NCBI GenBank assembly: GCA_019058445.1
Contig: JAHPZA010000008.1
Location: 10,315 to 74,314, forward strand
Origin: Promethearchaeota archaeon
Lineage (GTDB): Archaea; Asgardarchaeota; Lokiarchaeia; Sigyniarchaeales; SOKP01
Length of the DNA: 64,000 bases
Reading direction: 5' to 3'
The position numbers were made by a program, and so were the translations under genes. Below are positions 48,338 to 58,459 of the stretch, piece by piece. The notes below the pieces were generated by a model that was not told the DNA's origin, did no database searches, and saw nothing but the letters and a program-made list of their open reading frames with translations. How positions within the stretch are numbered: position 1 is the first letter of the stretch; every line of letters starts with the position of its first letter.

Positions 48338-49048
48338 TTAGTTTTTCCTTAAAAGTCGTTTTTTCATCTTTTCCGGCATAATCCATCCAAAATAAAATGC
48401 AATTGAGCTAATCATTAAAATTATTCGCGTAATTGGGACGTCTAAAATTAAATCTATAATCTCACCGATTGTAAATAAAATAAATGCAATTAACAAAAAT
48501 TTACCTTTTAATTTAATTTCAGGACTGTCCGATTTCAGCGGTTCAAATGATAAGAGAAACCCGGTTATAATTATAGTAAGAATTAATGGTATAAAATATA
48601 GGATTACAATAATAGACCAGTTTGTATCAACAGGTCCTTCTTTGACACCAATAATAGTCAAATCTGTAAAAAGTGCATAGAGAATAATGATTTCAAATAT
48701 TCCCCCAAAAATGGCATAAATAATCAAAATGATTTTTTGTCTATTCCTGTATAAAAGTTCTGTAAATCCTGCCATCCATAGTAATAAAAATATAGGAATA
48801 AATCCTACAACAATCAGAAAATAAAGAAAATCATTGATAGGTTCACCGGTAATTAGTACAGACAGGAATGAGAGAGAAACCGCATAATAGGGTGTCGCAA
48901 ATCCTATCCAGCCTAATCCAATATATAACATTGTTATTTGTTTGTACTTGAAATATTTTGACGCAATTCTTAAACCTACACATATTACTATTACAGCATA
49001 TATAAGTCCAGTAAGTCCATTTAAAAATTCATTTGGTGTTAGAGCCAA
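48338..49048 (-). CDS. Stand-alone 7TM membrane protein (paralog of 3945..4664)
   Basis: About 7 TM; shared NG, LKSDSPEIKLKGKFLL and FYFGWIMPE motifs. Confidence 0.75.
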   Translation of the reverse strand: MALTPNEFLNGLTGLIYAVIVICVGLRIASKYFKYKQITMLYIGLGWIGFATPYYAVSLSFLSVLITGEPINDFLYFLIVVGFIPIFLLLWMAGFTELLYRNRQKIILIIYAIFGGIFEIIILYALFTDLTIIGVKEGPVDTNWSIIVILYFIPLILTIIITGFLLSFEPLKSDSPEIKLKGKFLLIAFILFTIGEIIDLILDVPITRIILMISSIAFYFGWIMPEKMKKRLLRKN

Positions 49049-49144
49049 TTTTATCCTCTTATTGATATTTTAAATTAGATATTGTTCAGTTCTTAATATA
49101 TCATACACTCGATTTTTTATTAAAATTTATGTTATTCTTACTGA

Positions 49145-50014
49145 TTACTTCTCACTGGAGTCAAATTTTTTTTCTAATTCGTTATAGTAAGGTACTCCTA
49201 AAAATTCATTGAGTTCGGTAAATGATTGAAGTACATCTTTAAAATCTCTTTGACGTCCTGTTTCTTTCAGAAGTCTAACATCTTCTCGGCATGCTAATAT
49301 CGCCGCAGCTAAGCATATACCTGGAAAAATTGCTATAGTGTAACCCATTTCTTTCAATTCTTCGACAGGTAAATTTGGTGTTCTCGGGCTCATATTTATG
49401 AGTAAGGGCTTTTTATTGAAGAGTTTTGGGATTTTTCTCATTTGGTTTTTAGTTTTTGGGGCTTCAATAAATATAATATCTGCTCCTGCTTCAGCGTAGA
49501 GATGTGCCCGCTCAATAGCATGATCAAATCCATGGGTTGCAATTGCATCTGTTCTTGCAATTATTAAGAAATCGGGATTTTTTCTGGCTTCTACTGCTGC
49601 TTTCAATTTACTGACCATTTCATTCTCATCGATTACTTCTTTACCCAACATATGCCCACATCTTTTCGGCCACACTTGATCCTCAATATGAATTGCGGCT
49701 ACTCCCGCTTTTTCGTATTCTTTTACAGTTCGATCCGCATTAATAATAGTCCCATAACCCGTATCAGCATCTGCGATAAGGGGGATGTTAATAGCATTAA
49801 CAATTCTACTGGCGTTTTGAACCATTTCAGTCATGGTTAATAATCCTCTGTCAGGCAAACCGAAATGAAAAGCAGAAGTTCCAAAACCTGTCATATACAC
49901 TGCGTTGAATCCTTCCGATTCTATTATTCTAGCAGTTAAAGCATCATAAGCCCCCGGAGCTATGACAAATTCCCCATTTTTGATCATTTCATTTAATGTC
50001 TTTGATTGTTCCAT
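49145..50014 (-). CDS. Isocitrate lyase/PEP mutase family lyase (2-methylisocitrate or 2,3-dimethylmalate lyase-like)
   Basis: PGAYD, DADTGYG, IEDQ, KRCGH, ARTD, FIEA. Confidence 0.9.
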   Translation of the reverse strand: MEQSKTLNEMIKNGEFVIAPGAYDALTARIIESEGFNAVYMTGFGTSAFHFGLPDRGLLTMTEMVQNASRIVNAINIPLIADADTGYGTIINADRTVKEYEKAGVAAIHIEDQVWPKRCGHMLGKEVIDENEMVSKLKAAVEARKNPDFLIIARTDAIATHGFDHAIERAHLYAEAGADIIFIEAPKTKNQMRKIPKLFNKKPLLINMSPRTPNLPVEELKEMGYTIAIFPGICLAAAILACREDVRLLKETGRQRDFKDVLQSFTELNEFLGVPYYNELEKKFDSSEK

Positions 50015-50177
50015 AATTACACTCTTTTTAAATAATTTTATTCAAATTCTTTTTAAAAAATTTAAGTAATAATCAAAATAATAACTATATAAAACTTTAG
50101 AATTAAGTTATAATTATTAATTAGAGTAATAATCTTAATATAAAAATAACAATAAAACAAAAGAATGGATTGATAAT

Positions 50178-51140
50178 ATGGTCGATTATGCGATAATTTT
50201 TAATCCCATCGCTGGTGGTGCCGAAAAAGCTAAGAAAGATATCGAATTTGCACGAAAATGTTTAGATGATTTAAATATTTCTTACAAGATCTTCGCAACT
50301 GAATATGCACAACATGCAATTGAATTGGCAGGTCAGTGTGCAAAGGATGGATATAGGGTACTAGCCGCAGGAGGAGATGGGACTCATAATGAGGTTCTCC
50401 ACGGCGTTATAACATCTAAATCTGGAGCGTTATGCGGTTTTATCCCCCTCGGATCCGGAAATGATATCCCAGGAGCAATTGGTATAAGACCTGACGTTAA
50501 AAGAGCTTGTGAAATTATTGCTGAGGGAAAATCCAGCAAGGCTGATATAGGTTTAGCCAAAACAGACGCAGGTGTTGAAAGATATTTCTTAGGGATAGGA
50601 AGCCAAGGTTTTGATGCGGAAGTCGCAAGGAGAGCTAATTTACCAGGGGCATCTAAAAATTACAGTGCTATAGTTATGAAAGCAGTTTTTAGCTGGAAAA
50701 GTAAAGATATAAAAGTCACTATGGATGATGAGGTTTATGAGGGAAAGGCAAACCTAACAGCAGTAGGTAATGGGCCTACTTACGGAGGATGGATGTATGT
50801 ATGCCAAAATGCCCGTGTAGATGACGGAGTTTTCCATATTAGTATTGTCGATATTGGTAAGCTAAAATTGCTAATGCAGTTCAAAAGAATGTATAAAGCT
50901 AAACTTTTACCTCATCCAAATGTGTATGTACATACAAGTAAAAAAGTGAGAATAGAAATGAAAGATCCAGAAGAACTTGAACCTTACCATTGTCAAGTTG
51001 ACGGAGAAGTCATAGGGAATGTGCCAGTGAACTATGAATGCATAAAAGACGGGTATGAATTTATACGACCGGAAATTGATGAAGTAGCTGAAGCGTTCAA
51101 AGAAAAGTATGGACGCTATTTTTATGAATGTGAGGAATAA
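50178..51140 (+). CDS. Diacylglycerol/lipid kinase family protein (YegS/DgkB-like)
   Basis: NPIAG, GGDGT, PLGSGND, GFDA, GNG..YGG, VDGE. Confidence 0.9.
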   Translation: MVDYAIIFNPIAGGAEKAKKDIEFARKCLDDLNISYKIFATEYAQHAIELAGQCAKDGYRVLAAGGDGTHNEVLHGVITSKSGALCGFIPLGSGNDIPGAIGIRPDVKRACEIIAEGKSSKADIGLAKTDAGVERYFLGIGSQGFDAEVARRANLPGASKNYSAIVMKAVFSWKSKDIKVTMDDEVYEGKANLTAVGNGPTYGGWMYVCQNARVDDGVFHISIVDIGKLKLLMQFKRMYKAKLLPHPNVYVHTSKKVRIEMKDPEELEPYHCQVDGEVIGNVPVNYECIKDGYEFIRPEIDEVAEAFKEKYGRYFYECEE

Positions 51141-51223
51141 TTTCTTTTTTTCTTCTTTTTTATAAGGTTATTCAAAATAAAATAAATAGTAGAGAAATAA
51201 AATTTTACAAATCTAATTTGTAT

Positions 51224-52090
51224 TTACTCCGAAATCTCAACTACTTGTTCTTGAGAAACTTCAAGAAAATTAATTATTATGTTGTTCACTTCTGGAGCCC
51301 TTGATCTAGGCGAGCTATGACCTGCTTTATCAATCACTTCTAAAGTGCTATTTGGTATTATCTCATTCATTTCAGCCATAACTGATTTTGGGCATACTCT
51401 ATCATGGGATGAAGCAATTAATAGAGTTTCACTTTTAATTTCTCCCAGTCTTTCATAAGTACGATGCGTAATTAAAGCATTTGCTTGAGCTTCAATATCT
51501 TCTGGAGATGAGGGATTAATACTCTCTTCCCTAATTAAATCCTCCACTGACCATAGATCATAAAATTTTTTCTTAGGATCCATTTCCATTTGTTTTCGAA
51601 AATTTCGATGATAACTTACTCTAGTACCATCCCAGAATGCTTTTACCGGATCTTTTTTTAATTGTTCAAGTTTATCAAGCCTCATTTGTTTATATGCGAT
51701 AGGGCCTTGTTCGTCAGGAGTACCGTAATTTGTGTTTATTAATACCACTTTATTTACATAATTAGGATATTTTAGTACGAAATTTTGAACAATCATTCCA
51801 CCTAATGACCAGCCAATTATATGTGCTTTTTTAATTTTTAAATAATCCATTAATCCTTTGATATCAGCAGCAAAAACTTCCATCGTGTAGATAGTTTTAG
51901 GACGATCACTTTTACCCGCTCCTCTATTATCAAATCTTATAATTTTGAATCTTTCACTTAGAGGTCCAAATTGTGCAATCCAATCCTCCTTTTTACCACC
52001 AAATCCATGGACTAATAATACCGGATATCCTGAGCCCTTAGTCTCGTAGCAGATTTTAATCCCATTTACAGTTGCAAATGATTCAGTCAT
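51224..52090 (-). CDS. Alpha/beta hydrolase
   Basis: HGFG, DNRGAG, GWSLGG nucleophile elbow, catalytic D and H (AGH). Confidence 0.92.
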   Translation of the reverse strand: MTESFATVNGIKICYETKGSGYPVLLVHGFGGKKEDWIAQFGPLSERFKIIRFDNRGAGKSDRPKTIYTMEVFAADIKGLMDYLKIKKAHIIGWSLGGMIVQNFVLKYPNYVNKVVLINTNYGTPDEQGPIAYKQMRLDKLEQLKKDPVKAFWDGTRVSYHRNFRKQMEMDPKKKFYDLWSVEDLIREESINPSSPEDIEAQANALITHRTYERLGEIKSETLLIASSHDRVCPKSVMAEMNEIIPNSTLEVIDKAGHSSPRSRAPEVNNIIINFLEVSQEQVVEISE

Positions 52091-52298
52091 AATAGTAATT
52101 AAGGACTTTTAATTTAAATATTCTTAGTCCAATCATCAGAAAATGTAATTTAACCGCTTTTCTACATTATCATTTGTGCGTGATTAATCGAAATATGGGA
52201 TTGTTAATCATTTTCCTTGTTAAATATTAAAGAAATATTTTTAATAGGCTAAAATTTATTCTTTTCATAGTTAAAAATTCTTTTATAGATGGAATAAA

Positions 52299-53729
52299 AT
52301 GAGTTCGATAAAGAAAGAAAGAGTTCCCTCAACAGAACAAATGATGGATTGGACTGCCGAAATTTTTAATCAAGGTATTCGCCTCCCGGGATATCCAGCG
52401 GACTATTGGGCTGAAAATTGGATTAAAGAGCAATTTGAGTCTTTAGGTCTCCAGAACATTAAATTTGATCCGATCAATGTAAAAAAATGGGAAGCATCTA
52501 ATGCTAAACTTGAAATTTGGCTGAATAATAATCCGACCGAGAGATTTGACATACCTTGTTTTCCTATTCCTTATACTTCACCAACTAATGGTGTTGAAGC
52601 TGAACTTAGCATGATTTCTGATAACCATGATCTATCAGGAAAGATTGCAGTTTATGAGTTGAATTTAACAACACTTCCTGTCAAATTGATGGCGGCTCTT
52701 AGAGGATCAGATCGATATTATGATCCTAAGAATGAATTTGAAACTTTGGAGCAAACTGTTCCATTCGATATGAACTTTGAAAATAAAATAGAACCTTTAT
52801 ATGAAAAAAACGCGTTGGGACTCATTGGAATACTTTCTGGGTATCCTTGTGAAACAGATAAATATTATGTTCCTTATGATGCCGTGGAGAGAAAAATTCC
52901 GGGCATTTGGGTTTCTGGAAAAAATGGGAAGAAAATTACGGATTTAATGAAAAAAGGTAAAGTAAAAGCTAATATCTCTTACAGTGGAAAGATTTCAGAG
53001 GTAATATCTCATAACATTACAGGCACTTTACCAGGAGGAATGTCTAATGAATGGATAGTGATAGGGACTCACCATGATGGCCCCTGGAATTCGGCAGTAG
53101 AAGATGCATCTGGAATGGCATTAGTATTGGCTCAAGCAAAATATTGGTCGCAGATCCCTAAAGGACAACGGCCGTTCAATATAATGTTTTTAATGAACGG
53201 AGCTCATATGGCGGGAGGATTAGGTCAAACAGAATTCGTTAAAAGAAATGAGGAATTTTTAAAGAACGTAGTAGCAGCCATTCATTTAGAACATGTCGCC
53301 CGGGATGTGAAACGTGAAAATGGAAGAATGATTCCTTTAGATGATCCTACTGTTCGGTGGTGGTTTGTAAGTCGGATATTATCACTTGAAGAAATAACAG
53401 AAGAAGCAATTATCAAAGAGGATTTACGACGCTCGCTTTTCCTTCCTCCTGATGATTTTATTCCAGGTGCGGATGGCCCTCCCACTGATGGGCATAGCTA
53501 TCAACCTGCAGGAATACCTTTTATCTCATTCTTAACAGCTCCTCCTTATCTATTTGATTCTGAAGATACGATGGATAAAATCCATGAAGAAAGTTATGTA
53601 CCCCTCACACGAGCAGTGATACGTATTATTAATTCATTAAAAGGTCATACAGCAAAAGAATTACGGGATCAGATTCTTACAAAGAGGGAAAGAAAAAAAA
53701 TAAGAAAAAAACAGATAAAAGAAAAGTGA
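52299..53729 (+). CDS. M28 peptidase-like protein with PA-type insertion
   Basis: HNITG, THHDG, AVEDASG, HLEH, EDT; canonical EE and final His are absent. Confidence 0.75.
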   Translation: MSSIKKERVPSTEQMMDWTAEIFNQGIRLPGYPADYWAENWIKEQFESLGLQNIKFDPINVKKWEASNAKLEIWLNNNPTERFDIPCFPIPYTSPTNGVEAELSMISDNHDLSGKIAVYELNLTTLPVKLMAALRGSDRYYDPKNEFETLEQTVPFDMNFENKIEPLYEKNALGLIGILSGYPCETDKYYVPYDAVERKIPGIWVSGKNGKKITDLMKKGKVKANISYSGKISEVISHNITGTLPGGMSNEWIVIGTHHDGPWNSAVEDASGMALVLAQAKYWSQIPKGQRPFNIMFLMNGAHMAGGLGQTEFVKRNEEFLKNVVAAIHLEHVARDVKRENGRMIPLDDPTVRWWFVSRILSLEEITEEAIIKEDLRRSLFLPPDDFIPGADGPPTDGHSYQPAGIPFISFLTAPPYLFDSEDTMDKIHEESYVPLTRAVIRIINSLKGHTAKELRDQILTKRERKKIRKKQIKEK

Positions 53730-53750
53730 AAGTACTTTTCTCCTGCCAAG

Positions 53751-53802
53751 TACTCCAAAAAGTTTGAACTGAAAAAATTTGGAGTAATTTCCTATTTTTT
53801 TT
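53751..53802 (+). terminator. Stem-loop followed by a T tract between the two M28-like genes
   Basis: TACTCCAAA (53751-59) / TTTGGAGTA (53778-86) perfect 9-bp inverted repeat, then oligo-T. Confidence 0.45.
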
Positions 53803-53870
53803 GCTCTAATACTTATATTTAAATACTCTAAAAATCAATTAAAAACTATAATAATCAAGAGGATAATATT

Positions 53871-55427
53871 ATGGATCAATCTGAAAGTAATTCTGAACCT
53901 ACCACAGAATTCACATTTGATAGAAAGAAAATTATAGCTAATTTAATAGATTTAATACCAAAAATGAAAGACCTTAGAGAGAAATCTAAAGAGATAATAT
54001 CAACTCTTCAAGAACCGAAGCTGCAAGTATTGGCACCTGATTCAAAAGTAATAGAAAATGATTTAAAAAAGATTTGCAGCGTACCCCATAGAAGAATTGG
54101 AACAGAAGAAGCTCATGAGATAGAAAATTATCTTGAAAAAACAGTTAAAGAATTAGGGCTTGAAAATGTTCACAAAGAAACATTCGAAGTCATAAATTGG
54201 GTGGGAACTGATTGGAAATTATCAATAAAAGCAAACAATAAAGTAATTGAAATACCGTGTTTTTATGTGTTAAATACTGAATTTACGGATAAAAAAGGGA
54301 TTACTGCTCCCTTAATTTATGTTGGAACTGGCTCGAAGAAGGATTTCAAAAAAAGAGATGTAAATGGCAAAATTGTTGTTGCAGATATTGAATTTCCAAC
54401 CTTTCCAGTAGGAAAAATAATCAAAATGGCCGAACCATATTACGTGTCGGATCCTCAAAAATCTTTCGATGAAAGCACCGAAATGATTCTCACTTTTGTA
54501 CTTTCAAACTTTTTACCTCAAACATTAGGAGAAAAACCTAGAGAAGATACAGTATACTGGCGAGCAGTACGTGGAGGGGCATTAGGATTAATTCTTATCT
54601 TACGTGATGCTCCAACCAACATAAATTCTCATTGGGGGCCTTATGATGGCTCTATGAAACCTGTGCCTGCGTTATATGTAGGTAAATATGATGGTATGAA
54701 AGTGAGAGAACTCGCTCAAGTTGAAAATAGTCAAGGCACTCTCATTCTTAATGGATACAAAGAAATTAGTAACGCAAATAATATATGGGGGATATTACCA
54801 GGGCAATCCGAAGAAATGTATATGATTTCAACACATACTGATTCAGCATTCGAGGGAGCATCTGAAGATGGTATTGGTGTTGCCATGGTTCTTGCTCAGT
54901 TGAGAGCATGGTCAAAAATTCCAAAAGAGCAGAGACCAAAATCTTTACTTTTTGTTTTGACAGCAGGGCATCTTTATGGAGGTAAAGGCGCAGAAATATT
55001 TGCTAAAAAATACAGAGATACACTATTAAAGAAAGTAATAGTTGACGTAAATCTTGAGCATATGTGCGCTAAAGAGGTTGAGGAAGACCCAGAAACTCAT
55101 AATTACAGATTTACAAATAACCTAGCGATAGGAGCAGTGTTTTTAACTCATGATGAAACCTTAGTTGCTCTTACTACAAAAGCATTTAAAGACCATAACA
55201 TAGAGCGTATGCTTTTAATACCAGAAAACTTCTTTAATACTCCTCCAATTGGAGAAGCAGGGCATTTCACTACTCATAGCGATTTAAAAGTTATCCATTG
55301 GATACGAAACCCTTATTATCTTCTGACAGCAGAGGATACATTAGATAAAATTGCCATGGATAAGCTAAACCAGACTGCTCAGTGTGTAACTGACTTAATA
55401 AATTCATTAATGCATCTCTCGAATTAA
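53871..55427 (+). CDS. M28 peptidase-like protein with PA domain (paralog)
   Basis: HRRIGT, PLIYVG...GKIVV, STHTDS, SEDGIG, NLEH, EDT. Confidence 0.75.
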   Translation: MDQSESNSEPTTEFTFDRKKIIANLIDLIPKMKDLREKSKEIISTLQEPKLQVLAPDSKVIENDLKKICSVPHRRIGTEEAHEIENYLEKTVKELGLENVHKETFEVINWVGTDWKLSIKANNKVIEIPCFYVLNTEFTDKKGITAPLIYVGTGSKKDFKKRDVNGKIVVADIEFPTFPVGKIIKMAEPYYVSDPQKSFDESTEMILTFVLSNFLPQTLGEKPREDTVYWRAVRGGALGLILILRDAPTNINSHWGPYDGSMKPVPALYVGKYDGMKVRELAQVENSQGTLILNGYKEISNANNIWGILPGQSEEMYMISTHTDSAFEGASEDGIGVAMVLAQLRAWSKIPKEQRPKSLLFVLTAGHLYGGKGAEIFAKKYRDTLLKKVIVDVNLEHMCAKEVEEDPETHNYRFTNNLAIGAVFLTHDETLVALTTKAFKDHNIERMLLIPENFFNTPPIGEAGHFTTHSDLKVIHWIRNPYYLLTAEDTLDKIAMDKLNQTAQCVTDLINSLMHLSN

Positions 55428-55531
55428 GAGTAATTTTTTTTTTAATCATTAACCTAATGATTAAATAGTTTTAAATTAGAAATTCATATATTCAAATATA
55501 TTAAGTATAACTTTATTGAGATGAGAAAATA

Positions 55532-56515
55532 ATTAAAGCTGCCGTATTTGAAGATATTAAAAAAATCGTAGTTAAAGATGATTATCCTAAACCTACTCCC
55601 AGTCCCGACGATATTATTGTTAAGGTGCATTACTGCGGGATTTGTGGATCAGATATTTCGAACTTTAAATATAAAATGTATCAAGTTCCTCTCGTAATGG
55701 GCCATGAATTTTCTGGAGAGATTATGGAACTTGGGGGCAATATTAATGATTTTAAAGTTGGAGATAAGGTTTGTGGTATTAATGTAGCTCTTGATGTCGG
55801 TGGAGGTGGCCAATTAGATGGATTAGGAATTTTCCGGGATGGAGGATTTGCTGAGTATGTGAAAGTCCCTAAGAAATATTTGTTCAAAATACCAAACAAT
55901 GTTTCCACTAAAGAAGCAGCACTAATCGAATCTTTTGCTAATGCTACCCGTGCGGATAAATTATCAAATATAGGGGATAATCAAAATATTATGATAATTG
56001 GTGGAGGCAATATCGGTCTTTGTTTTATGAATTACTTATTAGCTGAGAAAAAACCGAACTACATGGTAGTCATCGAACCCCATAAGTTTTTAAGAGAAAA
56101 AGCAAAAGAAATGGGTGCAACTGATGCTTTTCCTCCAAGTAAAGTAAAAATCAAGAAATTTATAAAAGAGCATGGAGAACCTACTTTCATTTTTGACTGT
56201 GCTGGTCTTGAGAGCACAATTAATATGGCTATTGATCTCATCAAGAAAAGAGGTACGATAATATTAGTTGGAGTACATAAAGGAACCATATCATTTCCTA
56301 TGTTTTTATTAAATTCAAAAGAAGCATGGCTCAGAGGGATACTCGGACATGATAGAGAAGATATATTAGCATCTCTAAAATTTTTTGCAAAAGGTTTAAT
56401 AAATGTAAATAAATTGATATCAGAGATAATTCCCCTAGATGAAATTCAAAAGGGTTTTGAAAAGTATCTTGAACCAGGAGAAAGAGAATTTATTAAAATT
56501 TTAGTCAAACTCTAA
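55532..56515 (+). CDS. Zinc-binding medium-chain dehydrogenase (polyol/threonine dehydrogenase-like)
   Basis: Frame extends upstream of the track start to ATT-AAA-GCT-GCC (MKAAVF); CGICGSD, GHE, GGGNIG. Confidence 0.88.
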   Translation: MKAAVFEDIKKIVVKDDYPKPTPSPDDIIVKVHYCGICGSDISNFKYKMYQVPLVMGHEFSGEIMELGGNINDFKVGDKVCGINVALDVGGGGQLDGLGIFRDGGFAEYVKVPKKYLFKIPNNVSTKEAALIESFANATRADKLSNIGDNQNIMIIGGGNIGLCFMNYLLAEKKPNYMVVIEPHKFLREKAKEMGATDAFPPSKVKIKKFIKEHGEPTFIFDCAGLESTINMAIDLIKKRGTIILVGVHKGTISFPMFLLNSKEAWLRGILGHDREDILASLKFFAKGLINVNKLISEIIPLDEIQKGFEKYLEPGEREFIKILVKL

Positions 56516-56543
56516 GAAGTTAGTTAGTAAATTATTAAGGAAT

Positions 56544-57059
56544 TTATCCCCCTGCTAATGGTGGAAAAATGGAAAGAGTATCGTCATTATTGAGTACATA
56601 ATTTTTATCATAGCGTGGTAATCTGTTAACTAACATTATAATTTTTTTTTCCTTGGGAATTCTATATTTTTTTAATATTGTATTTATTGTACTTCCTTCT
56701 GGGACATCTAATAGAGCTTTCGCTGGACCGTATTCTTGTAAGTCGGCAAATAATTTAACGGTAATACTAATGGTATTATTATTGCTAATTTCTACAAACA
56801 TCAAGGCCATTTTTTTAGGGAAAATTCCCACTTGATCTCCGTCCTTGACGATTTTTCCAATCCCACAATATTTGGTATTGACGAATATATGGCTAGTTTC
56901 ATTTTCTTCGATAGAAAGTTTACTCAGAATATCAGATACGGTATTAATATCATTATCATCTATATTTAAAATACTGGGGGCTCCATTATGATGATCTTGA
57001 TTAGATACTTTATTCCTTAACTCACCGTATAATTTTACTTTGATTGACATTCTTTCCAA
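56544..57059 (-). CDS. Tandem MoaD/ThiS (ubiquitin-like beta-grasp) domain protein
   Basis: Two repeats (IKVKLYGELR...GDQVGIFP; ITVKLFADLQ...DDTLSIFPPLAGG); C-terminal GG. Confidence 0.85.
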   Translation of the reverse strand: MERMSIKVKLYGELRNKVSNQDHHNGAPSILNIDDNDINTVSDILSKLSIEENETSHIFVNTKYCGIGKIVKDGDQVGIFPKKMALMFVEISNNNTISITVKLFADLQEYGPAKALLDVPEGSTINTILKKYRIPKEKKIIMLVNRLPRYDKNYVLNNDDTLSIFPPLAGG

Positions 57060-57191
57060 GTATGTTGAATTTTAATTAATTCTATGATTTCATGAGTGTA
57101 ATTAAGATATAAATTTATCTTTTATGTAATAAAAATTAGTTGGAGAATATTTCTTAATTTAATATTGAATAAATCTAGCTAAATAAATAAT

Positions 57192-58340
57192 TTATAATTG
57201 AAGAGGGTATTCTCCATATTTCTGAGTGGCTTCAATCATCCACTTAATGCGTTCTAAAGACATTGCGGGATGAGAATTTGATGGTGAAAGCATATAACCT
57301 CCACCAGGTCCTAATTTTTTAATAGCATATTTTACTGCATCTTCTACTTCTTTTTTTGTTCCATCTACAAGGATATGTGATGTATCAATATTTCCTAGTA
57401 AACACAATTTATCTCCTACTTTTTTTTTTACTAAGTCTAAGTCGACATAAGGAGGCTCAAGACAATGAAGTCCATCAAATCCCGCTTCAACTATAAAATC
57501 AAGCAGCGAAGTAATATCACCATCAGAATGAAAAATTATTTTACAATCCCAATCGTGAATCGCTTCAGTTAATTTTTGCATGTAGGGTAATACATATTGA
57601 TTAATATATTTGGGATTAATTAAAGGACCACCCTTAAAAGCTATATCTGCTCCTTCAAAAAATATTTTGGCACCGCATTCCTTGTATTCTTTATATAGTC
57701 CCAAGACAATTTCTGTGGTGTATTCAAAGCGCTCTTCTATTAACTTTGGATCATTTTTTAATGCTCTAGCAAAATTACTCATTCCCATTCCCTGCCAGAC
57801 GGGAGGAAAAACCGAAGTAAAATCATCTGTAGCCATGATACATATTTGAAGTTTTTTGGTTTTTCTTTGAACTGCTTTATAGAATTTACGAGCTTTCCTA
57901 AAGATATCTTTAAATTCTGGTTTAGGAAAAATTTCCCAGTCGTTTCTATCTTTAATTACTCCTTTATAATAATCTGGAAAGATATTACCATCAAGGTTTA
58001 TAATTTTATATCTTCTACCAAAGATATCGCTGAACTCTTCTTTACTTTCGAATATTAGAGGAATAAATCCTGCGCCACAAGTATCATAACCAATAACTGA
58101 GGCTGCTTCAATCATTTTTGAAAATACATTAACTTCTATTTCAGTAATAATACTATTAACCCTCTCAATCCAATCTTCTGGATATTGATTCTCCAAATCA
58201 TCTATGGCATCAAAAGCACTTCTTGGCGGCTTTCCCAGCACTTCATCACACAAGGGTCCATCTACGGCTAGTGTATGGAGGGGAATTCTATCAACAGGCT
58301 CGTGATTTAACGCAGCCCAAACTCTTTCTTTACTATTCAT
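57192..58340 (-). CDS. Uroporphyrinogen decarboxylase / MtaA-CmuA superfamily protein
   Basis: MNSKERV...HEPVDRIP, DIAFKGGPLI, HSDG, GNID, GGGYML. Confidence 0.85.
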   Translation of the reverse strand: MNSKERVWAALNHEPVDRIPLHTLAVDGPLCDEVLGKPPRSAFDAIDDLENQYPEDWIERVNSIITEIEVNVFSKMIEAASVIGYDTCGAGFIPLIFESKEEFSDIFGRRYKIINLDGNIFPDYYKGVIKDRNDWEIFPKPEFKDIFRKARKFYKAVQRKTKKLQICIMATDDFTSVFPPVWQGMGMSNFARALKNDPKLIEERFEYTTEIVLGLYKEYKECGAKIFFEGADIAFKGGPLINPKYINQYVLPYMQKLTEAIHDWDCKIIFHSDGDITSLLDFIVEAGFDGLHCLEPPYVDLDLVKKKVGDKLCLLGNIDTSHILVDGTKKEVEDAVKYAIKKLGPGGGYMLSPSNSHPAMSLERIKWMIEATQKYGEYPLQL

Positions 58341-58459
58341 ATTTATTCAAAATAGAAAAATTAAGGTAATTAATAAAAATTTGTTTTAATGATTTTTAGA
58401 AGTTATCAGCTAAAAGAGAGGTGTTTGACATATAGTAAAATACTAAAAATCAAAAATAA

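Noticed and set aside
53727-53822. TGA stop followed by a hairpin, considered as selenocysteine read-through
   Set aside because: The TGA is at the natural C-terminus of a non-redox protein and the hairpin lacks an evident SECIS core; a terminator is simpler.
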